Source: Chiloscyllium plagiosum
Lineage: Eukaryota
Assembly: GCF_004010195.1 (NCBI RefSeq)
Contig: NC_057758.1
Span: 3,436,750 to 3,500,749, forward strand
DNA length: 64,000 nucleotides
Direction of reading: 5' to 3'
Part shown: one piece after another, positions 1 to 13,900 of the stretch
Position numbering within the stretch: position 1 is the stretch's first letter
Layout: every line of letters begins with the position of its first letter
Position numbers and translations under genes: made by a program
Notes under the pieces: generated by a model
The model's input: only the letters and a program-made list of their open reading frames with translations
Told to the model about the DNA's origin: nothing
The model's database searches: none

Positions 1-492
1 GTCATACTATAGGAAGGATGTGGAGGCACTGGAACGTGTGCAGAGGAGGTTTACCAGGATGTTGCCTGGTATGGTAGATAGATCGTATGAGGAAAGGCTG
101 AGGCACTTGGGGTTGTTTTCATTGGAGAAAAGAAGGTTTAGGGGTGACTTGATAGAGGTGTAGAGGATGATTAGGGGTTTAGATAGGGTTGACAGTGAGA
201 ATCTTTTTCCACGTATGGAGTCATCTATTACAAGGGGGCATAGCTTTAAATTGAGGGGGGGTAGGTATAGGACAGATGTTAGGGGTAGGTTCTTTACTCA
301 GCGAGTCGTGAGTTCATGGAATGCCCTGCCAGTAGCAGTGGTGGACTCTCCCTCATTATGGGCATTTAAGCGGGCATTGGATAGGTATATGGAGGATAGT
401 GGGCTAGTGTAGGTTAGGTGGGCTTGGATCGGCGCAATATCGAGGGCCGAAGGGCCTGTACTGCGCTGTATTCTTCTATGTTCTATGTTCTA
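1..492 (+). mobile_element. CR1/HER1-type LINE, 3' end of ORF2 plus 3' UTR and tail (young copy)
   Basis: Encodes the CR1 ORF2 C-terminus (RGHSFKL..RFFTQRVVSSWNALP) and ends in a TTCTATG-repeat tail at ~474-492. Confidence 0.9.
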
Positions 493-2768
493 ATTGATAA
501 CGCCTCCTCCTTACTGACTTCAATCCTTTCTAGTCAAATAGCCTGTATCTCAGTCTTCTCCTCTACAATATTCTCCTTTTCCTGAGTGAAAACACATGAT
601 AAATATTCATTTCGCACCTCTCCGATCTCTACAGGGTCCACCCACGACTTCCTACTTCTGTCTTTGACTGGCCCTATTCCTACCCGAGTCATCCTTTTAT
701 TCCACAAATATTTGTGGAAAGCTTTAGGGTTCTCCTTTATTTGAGAACATAGAACATGAAACATAGATCATAGAACAATGCAGTGCAGAGCAGGCCCTTC
801 GGCCCTCGATATTGCACCGACCCATGAACTATTCTCAGCTCGTCACCCTACACTATCCAACCATCATCCGTGTATTCATCCAAAGATTATTTAGATCTCC
901 CTAATGTGGCTGTGTTAACTACATTGGCAGGTAGGGTATTCCACGCCAATACCACTCTCTGAGTAAAGAACTTGCGTCTGACCACTGTCTGAAATCGCTC
1001 ACCCCTCAATTTGTGCTTATGCCCCCTCATCATCCGAGGAAAAAGACTTTCACTGTCTACCCTATCTAATCCTCTGATCATCTTGTATGTCTCTATCAAA
1101 TCCCCTCTTGACCTTCTTCTTTGCAATGAGAACAGTCTCTCAGCCTTTCCTCGTAAGACCTTTCCTCCAGACCAGGAAACATCTTTGTAAATCTCCTCAG
1201 CACCTTTTTCAATGTTTCCACATCCTTCCTGAAGTATGGCAACCAGAACTGTGTACAATATTCCAAGTGTGGCCGTACTAGAGATTTGTATAAGTGCAGC
1301 ATAATATTGCGGCCCCAGAACTCCATCCCTCCACCAAATGCAACCTAACACACCGTATGCCTTCTTAACAGCACCATCAACCTGGGTGGCAATTTTCAGG
1401 GATCTATGTACATAGCCTTCAAGATCCTTCTGCGTATCCACACTAGCAAGAATCTTTCTATTGACCCTGTCTTCCTGTTATTCTTGTCAAAGTGCATCAC
1501 TGCACATTTAGCTGCATTAAACTCCATTTGCCACCTCTCTGGCCGATCCTGCAGTTTATCTAAATCCGCCTGCAATCAGTAACATTCTTCTAAACGGTCC
1601 ACTATTCCACCGATTTTAGTGTCATCTGCAAATTTACTAATCCATCCACCTATGCCTACGTCTGAGTCATTTACAAAAATAACAAACAGTAGTGGTCCCA
1701 AAACAGATCATTGTGCCACAACACAGGACTCCGGGCTGAATATTTTCCATCAACTATCCATCGCTGCTTTCTTTCAGAAAGCTAGTTTTTAATCCAAACT
1801 GCTAAATTATCGTCAATCACATGCCTCTGCATTTCCTCCAACAGCCTACCATGTGGAGCTTTATCAAAGGCTTCACTGAGGCCCATGTATACCACGTGAA
1901 TTGCCCTACCCTCATCTACATGCTTGGTGATCTTCTCAAAAAACTCAATGAGGTTTGTGAGACACGACCTGCCCTTGACAAAACCATTTGACTATCTGAA
2001 ATCAAAGTGTTGCTTGCTAGATGATTATGAATCTCATCTCTTATAATCCTTTGCAACATCTTTCCGACAACAGAAGTAAGGCTCACTGGTCTATAATTAC
2101 CTCGGTCATCTCTACTGCCCTTCTTGAACAAGGGCACAACATTTGCAATCATCCTGTCCTCTGGTACTAAACCTGTGGTCAATGATGACTGAAATATCAA
2201 AGCCAAAGGCTCTGCTATCTCGTCCGTAGTTTCCCAGAATATCCTCAGATAGATTCCATCCGGCTAGGGGACATGTCTACCTTCACTCCTTCTAGAATTG
2301 ATGCACTTGTTGTAATTGACCTCGATCCTTTCTAGTCTAATATCTCATATCTCATTATTCTCCTTTACAATATTCTCCTTTTCCTGAGTGAAAACCAATG
2401 AGAAATGTTCGTTTAGTACCTCTCAGATCTCCACAGGATCCGCCTTCAACTTCCCACTTCTGTCTTTGACTGGCCCTATTTCTACCCGAGTCATCCTTTT
2501 ATTCCTCACATATCTGTAGAAAGCTTTCGGGTTCTCCTTTATTCTATTTGCTAAAGACTGCTCGTGTCATCTCTTTGCACTTCTTAACTCTCTCTTTAAA
2601 TCCTTCCTAGCTGATCTGTAACTCTCCATCGCCTCATCTGAACCATCTTGCCTCATCAACACATAAGCCTCCTTCTTCTTCTTAACAAGAGATATAATTT
2701 CTGAAGTAAACCACGGTTCCCTTACCTTATCACTTCCTCCTTGCCTGACAGGGACATACCTATCAAGG

Positions 2769-3299
2769 TGTTTTAAAAAATTCTCAAGGTCAAGGACCAG
2801 GCTCGCAGGAAAGTAGTCTGACACAGAACAAACAGCCAAGAGGCGAGTCTGCTAGAATATAAGTGTTTTATTCCCCGCAGCGTCGCCACAACCAGGTCTC
2901 GTACTTACAACGGGTCTGGTTTATACTCACTCTACGTGTTACCGGAACTGGGAGCCATCAGTTCTCTTAGAGCGGTTGCCAACAACCCACGCTCGGCGGT
3001 TAAACGCAACCCCGGAGCAGACTCTACCGAACTGGAGACTTTTCCAGCTGATATACTCTTTTCGAGATCTAAACATTCATGTGAACAGCAGAGCAAGGCT
3101 GAAAAACACATTCCATTCTGGTCACATACAGATAAGAAGATTCACACGGGAAGGTGTGTAATAAGATTCACACGGGACTAAGCGACACCTTCCATTTTCG
3201 GTTAGATTCACACATGTATTGGGACACAATTTTAACCCTTTCACCACATTCCACTGCTTGGCCCATCACACATGTATTGGGACATAATTTTACACCACA
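2769..3299 (-). mobile_element. Solo LTR (531 bp) inserted in a LINE
   Basis: Begins TG and ends CA; imperfect terminal inverted repeats (TGTTTTAAAAAATT / AATTTTACACCACA); 5-bp TSD CAAGG at 2764-2768 and 3300-3304; minus-strand TATAAA (~2920) upstream of AATAAA (~2867). Confidence 0.8.
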
Positions 3300-3444
3300 C
3301 AAGGACACTTCCTCCTTGCCTGACAGGGACATACCTATCAAGGACACACAATATCTGTTCCTCAAACCAGCTCCACAATTCCATTGTCTGCAACCCCGCA
3401 TTTTGCTCACCCATTCTTCCCGATAAAGACTGTTCATGTCCCCT

Positions 3445-3720
3445 CATAGAACATAGAACATAGAAGAATACAGCGCAGTACAGGCCCTTCGACCGTCGAT
3501 GTTGCGCCGATCCAAGCCCACCTAACCTACAGTAGCCCACTATCCTCCATATGCCTATCCAATGCCCGCTTAAATGCCCATAATGAGGGAGAGTCCACCA
3601 CTGCTACTGGCAGGGCATTCCATGAACTCACGACTCGCTGAGTAAATAACCTACCCCTAACATCTGTCCTATACCTACCCCCCCCCCTTAATGTAAAGCT
3701 ATGCCCCCTTGTAATAGCTA
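3445..3720 (-). mobile_element. 5'-truncated young CR1 LINE 3' end
   Basis: Near-identical reverse complement of ~230-490, including the CATAGAA-repeat tail. Confidence 0.88.
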
Positions 3721-5557
3721 AATGCCCTCCTTGCTTTCTGAGCTCTGTCTTTAAATTCTTCCTGTCGAATCTCTAACTCTCCATCACCTCATCTGTACGA
3801 TCTCGTTTCAAGTCCACGTAAGCCTCCCTCTTCCACTGAACAAGTCATACAATTTGTTCTGCAAACCACGGTTCCCTTCTTTGATCACTCCTCCCCACCT
3901 GACAGGGACATACCTAACAAGGACAGGCAATATCTGTTCCTTAAACCAGCTCTACAATTCGAATGTCCACATCCCCTGCATTTTGCTAACCCAGTCTATA
4001 CTTCCGAACTCTTGATTAATCGCATTATATTTGCCCTTGACCAATCTAAAACTCTTGCCCTGTGTCATGTAGCTATCACTTACTATCCTCTTCCAATTCT
4101 TCCAAATTCTTTACTAACTTGAAAATGGCAGATTAGGAAAGATACTAATTTCTAGCAATTGTACAGTCTTTAAAATCAACTGTACGAAATCAACAGCTGA
4201 CAAATTGAGAACACCAACTCCCTCATCTCAACCTGAGACATTATACAAGAATTCCACTGACTTGCAACTGCAGTTTACGAACCCTGCTGCTTACATGCTG
4301 TAAGTGGATTTTAAACTCGTTTCATTTTTAAATATAACATTATTGTTTTCTCTCTATAAACTTTGCAAAACGAATTACCTTTACTTAACAAAAAACATCC
4401 ATTCCAAGTCAACAGACAAGATTGAAATTCAACCACTGAAGAACTTTACGAAGCAATCAAATTAAACTTGCTTATATTCCACAAACAATTAGGGAACGTT
4501 TGCACTTAGGTTTCAATTGTTAATCTTTCCCTCGTCGTAATGTCTTCTCTCCACTCGAGCGCCCCTTCTTTGTTTCCTGGAAGTCACACTTGCACTGCTC
4601 ATGACTTTTCATCCCTGACAATATATTGGACCTCTTTATTACCGATGGACATTTTCTTCGAAAATGCAGCTAACATTTTCACGCTAATTTGTTGTTTCTC
4701 TTTCTCATTCTTCAATTACATAAATAGTTCAGAACGCTGTACTATCACAATTGTCCTTCAACTTTCCATCAATCGCAAAATTGTGACTGTGGTCAAACTA
4801 TGCGTTTCAAAAATGCCCCTTTATAGAATGTTTACATACTGAGAACTGCCAGTTAACAGAGAGCTGATAACTTCCTTAATGTTTCCTTCTGTGGAGAATC
4901 TCATCTTATCCAGTTTGTCGATATGGACACTACAGCCTTAGGTTGTTGTGGAGTATAAGAGCGAAAGACACGGAATTCATAGCAAAAAAATACAGTGTGA
5001 TGTAACTGAAATTATATATCGAAAAAGGCTGTGTTCGTGTCCTTTAATCAAATTGTGAAATGCATTAAACAGCGAGAACAACCAAAACATTTACTGCCTC
5101 TGAAATCTGTGGAGACTCACTTTTTTCACGTCATTTTGTCAACGAATGAAGCAACTCACTTCCAAATCAGCAGTGCAGATTCCATCACTCTGCAACTGAT
5201 TCTATATCAAAAGTTCACTTGGACGAAATCACTGCAACGTGTCAGCATGTATAGCAGAATTTCCTACTCATTGTGCTTGTCTTTGCCAGAGTTTGTTACT
5301 AAGTGTGCTGTCTTGTCCAAAGTAACATGTAATAACACGTTTGCCCTTTCGAAGGTGGTGATGAGCTCACTCACTGAGGCACCGCAGGCGGAGCTGGGGT
5401 AAGCACATGGAGCAGTGTTGTCAGGAAGCAATGGACAAAGTTTGAGCCCCAACATTGTGAGCGAACGGTTATGTAGTTATCTGCATAGAATTGTAGTTTG
5501 CACGTGACCATCAAGGTCTCACTGCATCTGCTGTGCCTTTTATTTTCTTGTTACTAA

Positions 5558-5666
5558 TCATGGCTAGAGAGTGTGCTGCGAAAGGGATCATTGTGAGCAG
5601 AGGCAGTGCTTATTGTACATTCTGCCCCTATGGGGATGGTGCAATCAGTTCTTGTTCAAGTGGTTA
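5558..5666 (+). pseudogene. Possible decayed beta-defensin-like mature-peptide exon
   Basis: With one 1-nt frameshift it reads MARECAAKG(D)HCEQRQCLLYILPLWGWCNQFLFKWL, i.e. C-x6-C-x4-C-x10-C with G two residues before C4; terminal CC absent; polypyrimidine tract upstream; AATAAA at 5786-5791. Confidence 0.4.
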
Positions 5667-6084
5667 ACACATGATTCATCAAACAGCCGACTGTCGCCTC
5701 GGTAGAATCAAGTGTTGATGCTCTAGAATGCCCAGCTTACCTGCTGATGCAACATTAGTGTGTATGTTATTCAGGTTCAGTGAAAAATAAATGGCCCAAC
5801 ACGAAATGGTACTTGTGCAGAATTCAGCGAGGGAAACGTCATTGAACATCAACGTGAGGATGGTGGAGATTGGTTTGATTTTATTTTGTTGCAATTGCAA
5901 CTTTACTGAAGACTGTGTGACATTAAAATCCTTTGCTATTTGTGAGCACAAGTTTGAGTGATCTCTGTGTCATGTTGCGTTTAGACCTACAGTACATACG
6001 CACTAATATGTCTGACTGAAGCTCTTTGCTGGAGTTCCACTTGTGATGGGAGATGGAAAATTAAACAGCTTAAAGACACATCTA

Positions 6085-6900
6085 CGGATACAGTAGATGA
6101 CATTGGTGGAAGTACAGGTAAATAGCTGTCGAATGCAGAAGGATCATTTGGGATCTTAGACGTGAGGGGGAGGTATCAGCGCAGCTTTGTCACCACTTGC
6201 AATGGCAGGCGAGGTGCCAGAAGGGATGGTTGTGTTGGTCAGGGATGTAGACTGGTCTCTCTGAAACACAGACTGGGGGGAGGCAGTTTGGAGGTGGCAG
6301 AAATGGCGGATGATGATGTGGTGCATCTGGAGGTTGGTTGAGTGGAAAGTGAGGACTTGCGGGAGTTTGCCCTTGTTGCGAAATGAGGGTTGAGTTTCAT
6401 GGGCAGGGGTCTGGTAAGTGTAGCAGATGCACGGGGTGGGGGGCGGCATTGTCAACTACATTGTAGCACAAGTTCCTGTCTTCGAAGAAGGAAGTCATTA
6501 GGGATGTTCTATGGTGGAACTAGTTCACCTGCGAGCAGATGCGCTGGAAGCAGAAGATTGAGAATAAGAATAGCCATTTATACCGGAGGCAGGGTGTGGG
6601 GCAGTGTAGTCCAGGTAGCTGCAGGAGTCAGTGTGCCTGTAGTGGATGTCTGTGTTGAGTCGGTCACAGGTAATGGAGTTGCAGAGATCCATGAAGGGTA
6701 TGTATGTGTCTGTGATGGTCCAGATTCACTCCATATGGTCTCCTTTACATTGGGGAGATAGAATGCCATGTTGCATATCGTTTCAGAGAACATTTCTGGG
6801 ACATCTGCAATAAGCAACCCCGCAGCCCCATGGCTGCACAATTTAACTCCTACTCCCACTCCGCCAAGGACATGCAGTTCCTGGGACTGAATCATCGTCA
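6085..6900. mobile_element. Penelope-like retroelement relic (RT C-terminus and GIY-YIG) with internal inversion
   Basis: Minus strand 6730-6085 gives IPFMDL..TDIHYRHTDSCSYLDYT, VLTFHSTN and FTCTSTNVIYCIR; plus strand from ~6735 gives GLLYIGE..RFREH. Confidence 0.8.
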
Positions 6901-6919
6901 AACACTAACCATCCAACGC

Positions 6920-8822
6920 CTTTATTTAACGACCAGGACTGTGACTTTACGTGCCCCAACTTAAAACAGTGGAAATGCCTGAGTACTTTCACTTCCTTTC
7001 CACCCTCTTGGGTTTCTTTTATCACCTGTGGTAAACAATTACCAGTGTTCTCTGCTCTTTATTTTGTAGTGTTGGATCTCCAGTTCTCTCGATTTTTATC
7101 CCTCACAGGATGAAATTCCTGCCACAAACTAATCTTTGCCTTATGCAGCAATGTATGCCTGCCATCACTGCTGCGGTTTTCACTTCCTGAGTTTCCTGTC
7201 TATCCACGTAAATTTGTATCAACTCAGGAAGTGAGTTTTTAAACTCCTCCAGCACAATATTCTCTTTTAGAGTCTAATCTAGTTTAAAGGCCCGCATCCA
7301 CCTATCAAAATGACGATGTTTAATTCTTTCAAACTCAACTTAATTCTGACCTGGTTCCTTCTGTATGTTTCAGAACCGCTGTCTGTACGCTTCTGGTACC
7401 AATTCATAAGCACTCAAAATAGCCTGTTTGACTTCATATTCTCTTAAGTCCTTATCTGACAGCACTACAAATACCTTACCAGCTGTGCCTATCTGTTTAG
7501 TCTGAACTAGAATTACCCACAAGTCTTCTGACTGCTCCATCTGCCTTGCTAACTTTTCAAATCAAATAAAGTAGTCTTCGTCATCTTTCTCATTGAAATG
7601 TGGCAGTGTTTTTTTAACATATTGTATATATCACCACTATCTGTCCTAATTTCCATCCTGTTAACTTGACTTTCCTAAGTCGCACTTCTGAGGTCTAATG
7701 CTTCTCTACATTTCTCCTTCTTTTCTCTTTTTCTCTCTCTATTTCTTCTCCCTCTTTTTGCTCAGCTAATAACATTCGCTCTCTTTCTTTTTTCCCCTCT
7801 CGCTATTTCATTTGCCTCTCTTTCTCTTTCTTCTCTCTCCATTTTTCTTTCTCTCTCCATTTCCTTATCTTCTAAATCCATTTGTTTGTTGCTCTGACAT
7901 TCTGAAGTGTTTGATTAATGCCCTTTCAATTTCAGCTTTAATTTTTTTCCTTGGTTAAACACATTTTTAACCTCATTCCTAATTCTAAAATTATGGTGTT
8001 TTCTTTTGTTTATAAACATTCTTGGCAAATTTGGGAATCATCTTCAAACACGAGAAATTCTTCAGCAATTTTAAGAGCGATTTCTCCCACAGTTAATTTA
8101 ATTAGCTACAAATAACCGAAATTAAAAGCAATACTTCAACTAAACATACAGAAAATCTCACCTCGCCTCATAATCTGCTGAAGAATGAGTGACAAGAGTA
8201 CAAGCAAAATTTCTGTATTTATAGAAAAAGGTAACAGTTTTATTCTCTCACTCCAAAAGAAAGCATTAAACAACAACTAATCGCAACACTAAGCTTCCTT
8301 TATCCTAAACTTTTGTCGTTTTTCTCCCACTTTATACGAATATGCCAAACTGTTAAAGTCCCTATTAACTTTAAAGCAAACCAATTTTGAAACTAATTTG
8401 TCGCCTTCGGGTGTCAACCTTCTTGTGTTTGTCGACTTCATATGGGTCTTTTCAGTCTTCTGCTGCAGAGACGTTTCATATGAGAAAGATACTTTTTACA
8501 GAGAAGGGTTCGCTCTTTGGCTAACTGTCCAAACTGTTTGCTCTGTATACCCCAAAACCAGGATCATCTCATTGTTAAGATGCTGTCAAAGCAATAACAT
8601 TTCAATTTGATATTTCTTAGTTCTTGGGGCATAACTAAAACCAATTTGTTGAATTCGAATTATGGTGAAAACAACTCAGGATCTGAGTTAAAGCTTGAAT
8701 TTTACATCTTCAAATTGTCCAGTACACTTTGTTCATACCGTCAGGCACATGACAGGTGTTTGCCAGCTTTCCAACTTTCACTCTCTCTTAAAGGTACAGG
8801 ACAGGCCTTCAACTTCATAACA
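6920..8822 (-). mobile_element. Gypsy (Gmr1-like) LTR retrotransposon fragment: probable 5' LTR and decayed gag
   Basis: Minus strand reads AILSAYELVPEAYRQRF..FDRWMRA, plus a degenerate zinc knuckle HFHCFKLGHVKSQSW; LTR-like segment ~8190-8822 starts TGTTATG and contains AATAAA. Confidence 0.75.
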
Positions 8823-8950
8823 CCACTGTGCATGCTTCTCACACGCTGAAGTGCCTGTACTGATCATCTGCGGCCTCTCTTCTGCCTCTAAGCGAAAGTG
8901 AAATGCACTGATCCTGAATTGATTTTGCTTCACATTTTTTAAACTCTACT

Positions 8951-9852
8951 TTATTTTTTAAGCAATTTTATTGAGAGTGAAATTGGATACTTGAACACAG
9001 TTTTCATCTGATCCCTGAATTTGCTCAATGTCACGGTATAAATACAAATATTTGTACAGTAACTGGTGAGCTGGCAGATGTATCCAATTTCTGCCACAAA
9101 ATAATGGAGATAGATTGCCTTCAGTCCCAATCGCCACACCCGTTTCCATATTGAATGGAGCATAATGGCTGCCCATGACAGTACAAAATTGGCTGAAATG
9201 AGAAACAACAAGATTATGGATTTACTTCGACTCTCCATTTTTGGGTCTTTGGCATTTTCCCCTCTGCTGAGAGTTTTGAGTCTGTTGCGGGCTCTGTTGG
9301 CCATTAGGATACGCCTGACACAAACAGCATTGAACAGTACAGTCAAAAGAATTGCCAAACATGGGGTTAGAAGATGATGCATGATTTCAAATGTTCCCCA
9401 GAAATGAGACTGTTCAACACCTGATCTTTCCTTACAAAACCAAGGGAGGTTCTTGAGCAGATACTGACTTGTTAACATAAAATACCAAAACATATTCTTT
9501 AAACCGCTCAGTACTGTCACTATTCCTAAAATGACAGATGCAGTTTTCACAGTGCAATATTTACGTTTCAGTTTCTGGCAACAGATGGCCACAAATCGAT
9601 CAAATGTGAAAGCAACAGTGAACCAGACAGAACAGTCCGTGGCTGCATGGACAAGAACAGCATGAATGTTGCACACTGGTATGGACTTCACAAACAGAAA
9701 TTTTGATTTATATACAATTGGAATATGCTTCAGTGTCAGGTCAAGGATGTTGACCAGTAGATCCGCTACTGACATGTAGACCAGATATCGACCGATGCAT
9801 TTTGAGAGACCACACTTAGCCTGAGAAAGGATTCCAGTAGCCAGTACGTTAA
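8951..9852 (-). CDS. GPR139/GPR142-like class A GPCR, exon 2 (end of TM1 to TM7 and stop)
   Basis: Acceptor TCTTTTCTTTTCTTGCAG at 9854-9853, phase 1; reads NVLATGILSQAKCGLSKCIGRYLVYMSVADLL...FTFDRFVAICC...TNICIY..KFR; open to TAA at 8951. Confidence 0.92.
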
Positions 9853-10923
9853 CTGCAAGAAAAGAAAAGAAAAACTACAAATTAACCAGCAGTTGAGAAG
9901 TACACATTACGTTTGAAAGCAGACAGATGAGCAGAGGCCCAGAATAAAGAGGCACTTCTTTGAGATGACATGTGTGGCATCACTCAGTGTTGTGTACCTT
10001 TGATTTCCTTGCACAGATTTCCACATTTAAGTGATACTGGGCTCAACATTTTCACCCTCCTATTCTCCTGAAGAACAGCCATAATAGACTTAAAACAGGT
10101 TTCAGGTAAGAATGTTCCATATGACCAAAGGGGTCCAGAACCGGGAATGGGGTGCTAGGTGTGGTCACAGTACAAGTTTCAGCACAAGACTGAAATGAAA
10201 TGTGAACTCTGTTTCTCTCTCTCTCTCTTTCCACAGATGCTGCCAGACCTGCTGAGCTTCTCCAAGGTTTGTCCTGATATCCTCTGTGTCAATGGCCTGA
10301 GAGGAACACTCACAGAACATCAGTGAACATTTCAATGAAGGCAATGTGCCAACACTTTGCTGATAATTGAAAGAAGACCGACTGGATGAAATAAGACTGG
10401 AACAGAAATGTTGTTGGTCTGGAACAGGATCACAAATGGTGCAGCTAATTCCTTCAGCCCATAACATTATTCCTAAAGTTGGAATAGGTTTCAGATGTAC
10501 AAATGTGGTCTCAATAGAGGCCAAAGCTGAAAAGGCATGAGCCATGTCTGGCTGAAGAAAAAAGGTTATGAATTCTACATATCGATTCTTCAACTCTGTT
10601 AACGTCTGTATAAGATGGGGGTTTTCACCAAACTTGGACTCTCTGTTCTATGAGCTACAACTGAATGTTGGCAGAATGGCCGATGCTCTATCTCAGCTAT
10701 TACTGTGGGAATGACTCAGTTCTGTCGCTCGCTTGATATTCGTGCTATTTGTGAAAGAAGCCCTGGATTGCACCTCTTCATCGAGCTTGCATCCCATCTT
10801 TCGAATTTGTTGAATCCTGCTCTTGATTGTCTCATTTAATAATGATCTAGTCACCTGCTTTAAGCTCGATGTTAGAATGAGCGAAGATCACGCTGCCATG
10901 TCCCATTTGGAGTTTTTATATTT

Positions 10924-13900
10924 AGAACATAGAACAATACAGCGCAGAACAGGCCCTTCAGCTCTCAATGTTGTGCCGACCTGTGAACTATTCTCAGCTT
11001 AGCCCCCTACACTATTCCAAAATCATCCACGTGGTTATCAAAGGATTGTTTAAATCTCCCTAATGTGACTAAGTTAAATACATTAGCAGGTAGGGAGTTC
11101 CACGCCAGTACTACTTTCTGATTAAAGAAACGGCCTCTGAAATCTGTCTTAAATCTATCACTCCTCAATTTGTAATTATGGCCACTCGCACAAGCTGCCG
11201 TCATCATCCTCGGAAAAAAAAACTTTCTCTGTATACCCTATCTAATCCTCTGATCATCTTGTATGTCTCTATCAAATCCCCTCTTAGCCTTGTTCTTTCC
11301 AATCAGAACAGACGTAAGTCTCTCAGACTTTCCACATAAGACCTTCCCTCCAGACCAGGCAACATCCTGGTATATCTCCTCTGAACCTTTTCCAATGCTT
11401 CCACATCCTTCCTGAAATATGGGTATCAGCACTGTGCACAATATTCAAAGTGTGGCCGCACCAGCGTTTTGTAAACTTGCAACATGATATTGCGGCTCCA
11501 GAACTCAGTCCCTCATCAAATGAAACCTAGCACACCGTATGCCTTCTTAACAGCACTATCCATCTGGATGGCAACTTTCAGGAATCTATGTACATGGGCG
11601 ACAAGATCCCTCTGAACATCCACACGACCAAGAATCTTTCCATTGGCCCAGTACTCTGCCTTCCTGTTTTTCGTCCAAAAGTGCATCACCTCACATTTAG
11701 CTGCATTGAACTCCATTTGCCACCTCTCAGCCCAATCCTGCAGTTTATCTAAGTCCCCCTTCCAAACTGTGCACTCCTCTGCAAATTTACTAATCCATCC
11801 ACCTATGTCTGCATCTAAGTCATTTATAAAAATGACAAACATCAGTGGTCCCAAAACAGATCCTTGTGGCACACCACTAGTAACCGGACTCCAGGCTGAA
11901 TATTTTCCATCAACCACAACTCGCTGCCTTCTTTGAGAAAGCCAGTTTCTAAACCAAACTGCTAAATCACCCTCAATTCCATGCCTCTGCATTTTCTCTA
12001 ACAGCCTGCCTTGTGGAACCTTATCAAAGGCGTTACTGAAGCCCATGTATACCACGTGAACTGCCCTACCCTCATCTACATGCTCGGTCACCTTCTCAAA
12101 AAACTCAACGAGGTTTGTGAGACACGATCTGCCCTTGAGGAAACCATGTTGACTATCTGAAATTAAATTGTTTCTTGCTAGATGATTATAAATCTTATCT
12201 CTTACAATCCTTTCCAAAACCTTTCCTCCAAATTAATTAAGGCTCACTCGTCTATAAGACCTGGGTTATCTCTACTGCCCTTCTTGAACAAGGGCACAAT
12301 ATTTGCAATCCTCCAGTCATAGAGTCATAGAGATCTACAGCATTGAAACAGACCCTTTGGTCCAACCTGCCCACGCCGACCAGATATCCCAACCCAATCT
12401 AGTCCCACCTGCCAGCACTGGCCCATATCCCTCCAAACCCTTCCTATTCATATACCCATCCAAATGCCTCACAAATGTTGCAATTGTACCACCACATCCT
12501 CTGACTGCTCATTCCGTAGACGTACCACCCTCTGCGTGAAAAAGTTGCCCCTTAGGTCTCTTTTATATCTTTCCCCTCTCACCCTAAACCTATACCCTCG
12601 AGTTCTGGACTCCCCGATCCCAGGGAAAAAACTTTGTCTATTTATCCTATCCATGCCCCTCACAATTTTGTAAACCTCTATAATGTCCCTCTGGTACTAA
12701 ATCTGCAGAAATTGACGACTCAAATATCAAAGTCAAAGGTTCTGCTACCAGAATCCTCGAGCTTCCCAGAGAATCCTCGGATAAATGCCATCTGACTCAG
12801 GGGATGTGTCTACTTTCACTCCTTCAAGAATTGATGACACCTGTTCGTAACTAACCTCGATCCTTTCTAGTCTAATATCTCATAGCTCAATATTCTCTGC
12901 AATGTTTTCCTTTTCCTGAGTGAAAACTGATGAGAAATGTTCATTTAGTATCTCTCCGATCTTCACAGGGTCCCCACTAAACTTCGCACTTCTGTCTTTG
13001 ACTGGCCTTATTTCTACCCTCGTCATCCATTTATTCCTTACAGACCTATAGAAAGCTTTAGGGTTCTCCTTTGTTCAATTTGCTAAAGACTGCTCGTGTC
13101 CTCTCTTTGCTTTTCTTAACACTCTCTTTAAATCCTTCCTAGCTGATCTATAACTTTCCATCGCCTCATCTGAACCATCTTGCCTCATCAACACATAAGC
13201 CTCCTTCTCCTTCTTAACAAGAGATGCAATTTCTGTAGTAAACCACGGTTCCTTGATCTTATCACTTCCTCCCTGCCTGACAGGTACATACCTATCACGC
13301 AATATTTGTTCCACAAATCTCTACAGCTCCACATTTTCATTGTCTGCATCCCCTGCATTTTGCTATCCCATTCTATGCATCCTAATTCTTGCATAATCGC
13401 ATTATAATTGCCCTTGCCCCATCGATAACTCTTGACCTGTGCCATGTACCTATCCCTTTCCATTGCTAAAATAAACAAAATGAATTATGGTCACTACAAC
13501 GTGCTCACCTACAACTAAATCAAACACCTGGCCTGGTTCATTACCAAGAACAAGATCCATTGTGGCCTCCCCTCTTGTCGGCCCTTCGACATACTGTGTC
13601 AGGAAACCCTCCTGCACACATTGGACAAAAACTGATCCATCCGACTTACGAGAGTTATAGCATTTCCAGTCAATGCTGGGGAAGTTAAAGTCCCCATAAT
13701 GACCACCTTGTTTCTCCTACTCCTGCCCAGAATAATTTTGCTAATCCTCTCTTCCACCTCCCTGGAACTCTACGGAGGCATATAAAAAGCTCCAAGCAGT
13801 GTGACCTCTCCACTCCTGTTTCTAACCTCAGCCCACACTACCTCAGTGGACGAGTCCTCATCAAAAGTTCTCTCAGCCACCGTTTTACTATCCTTGACTA

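Larger units (their letters stand above)
493..4090 (-). mobile_element. Nested, degraded CR1-type LINE ORF2 fragments
   Basis: Tail complement AGAACATAGAAC at 744; CR1 peptides NVVPLFKKG..NYRPVSLTSVVGK, LVRPHLEYC and KENPKAF in broken frames; interrupted by a solo LTR and by another LINE 3' end. Confidence 0.88.
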
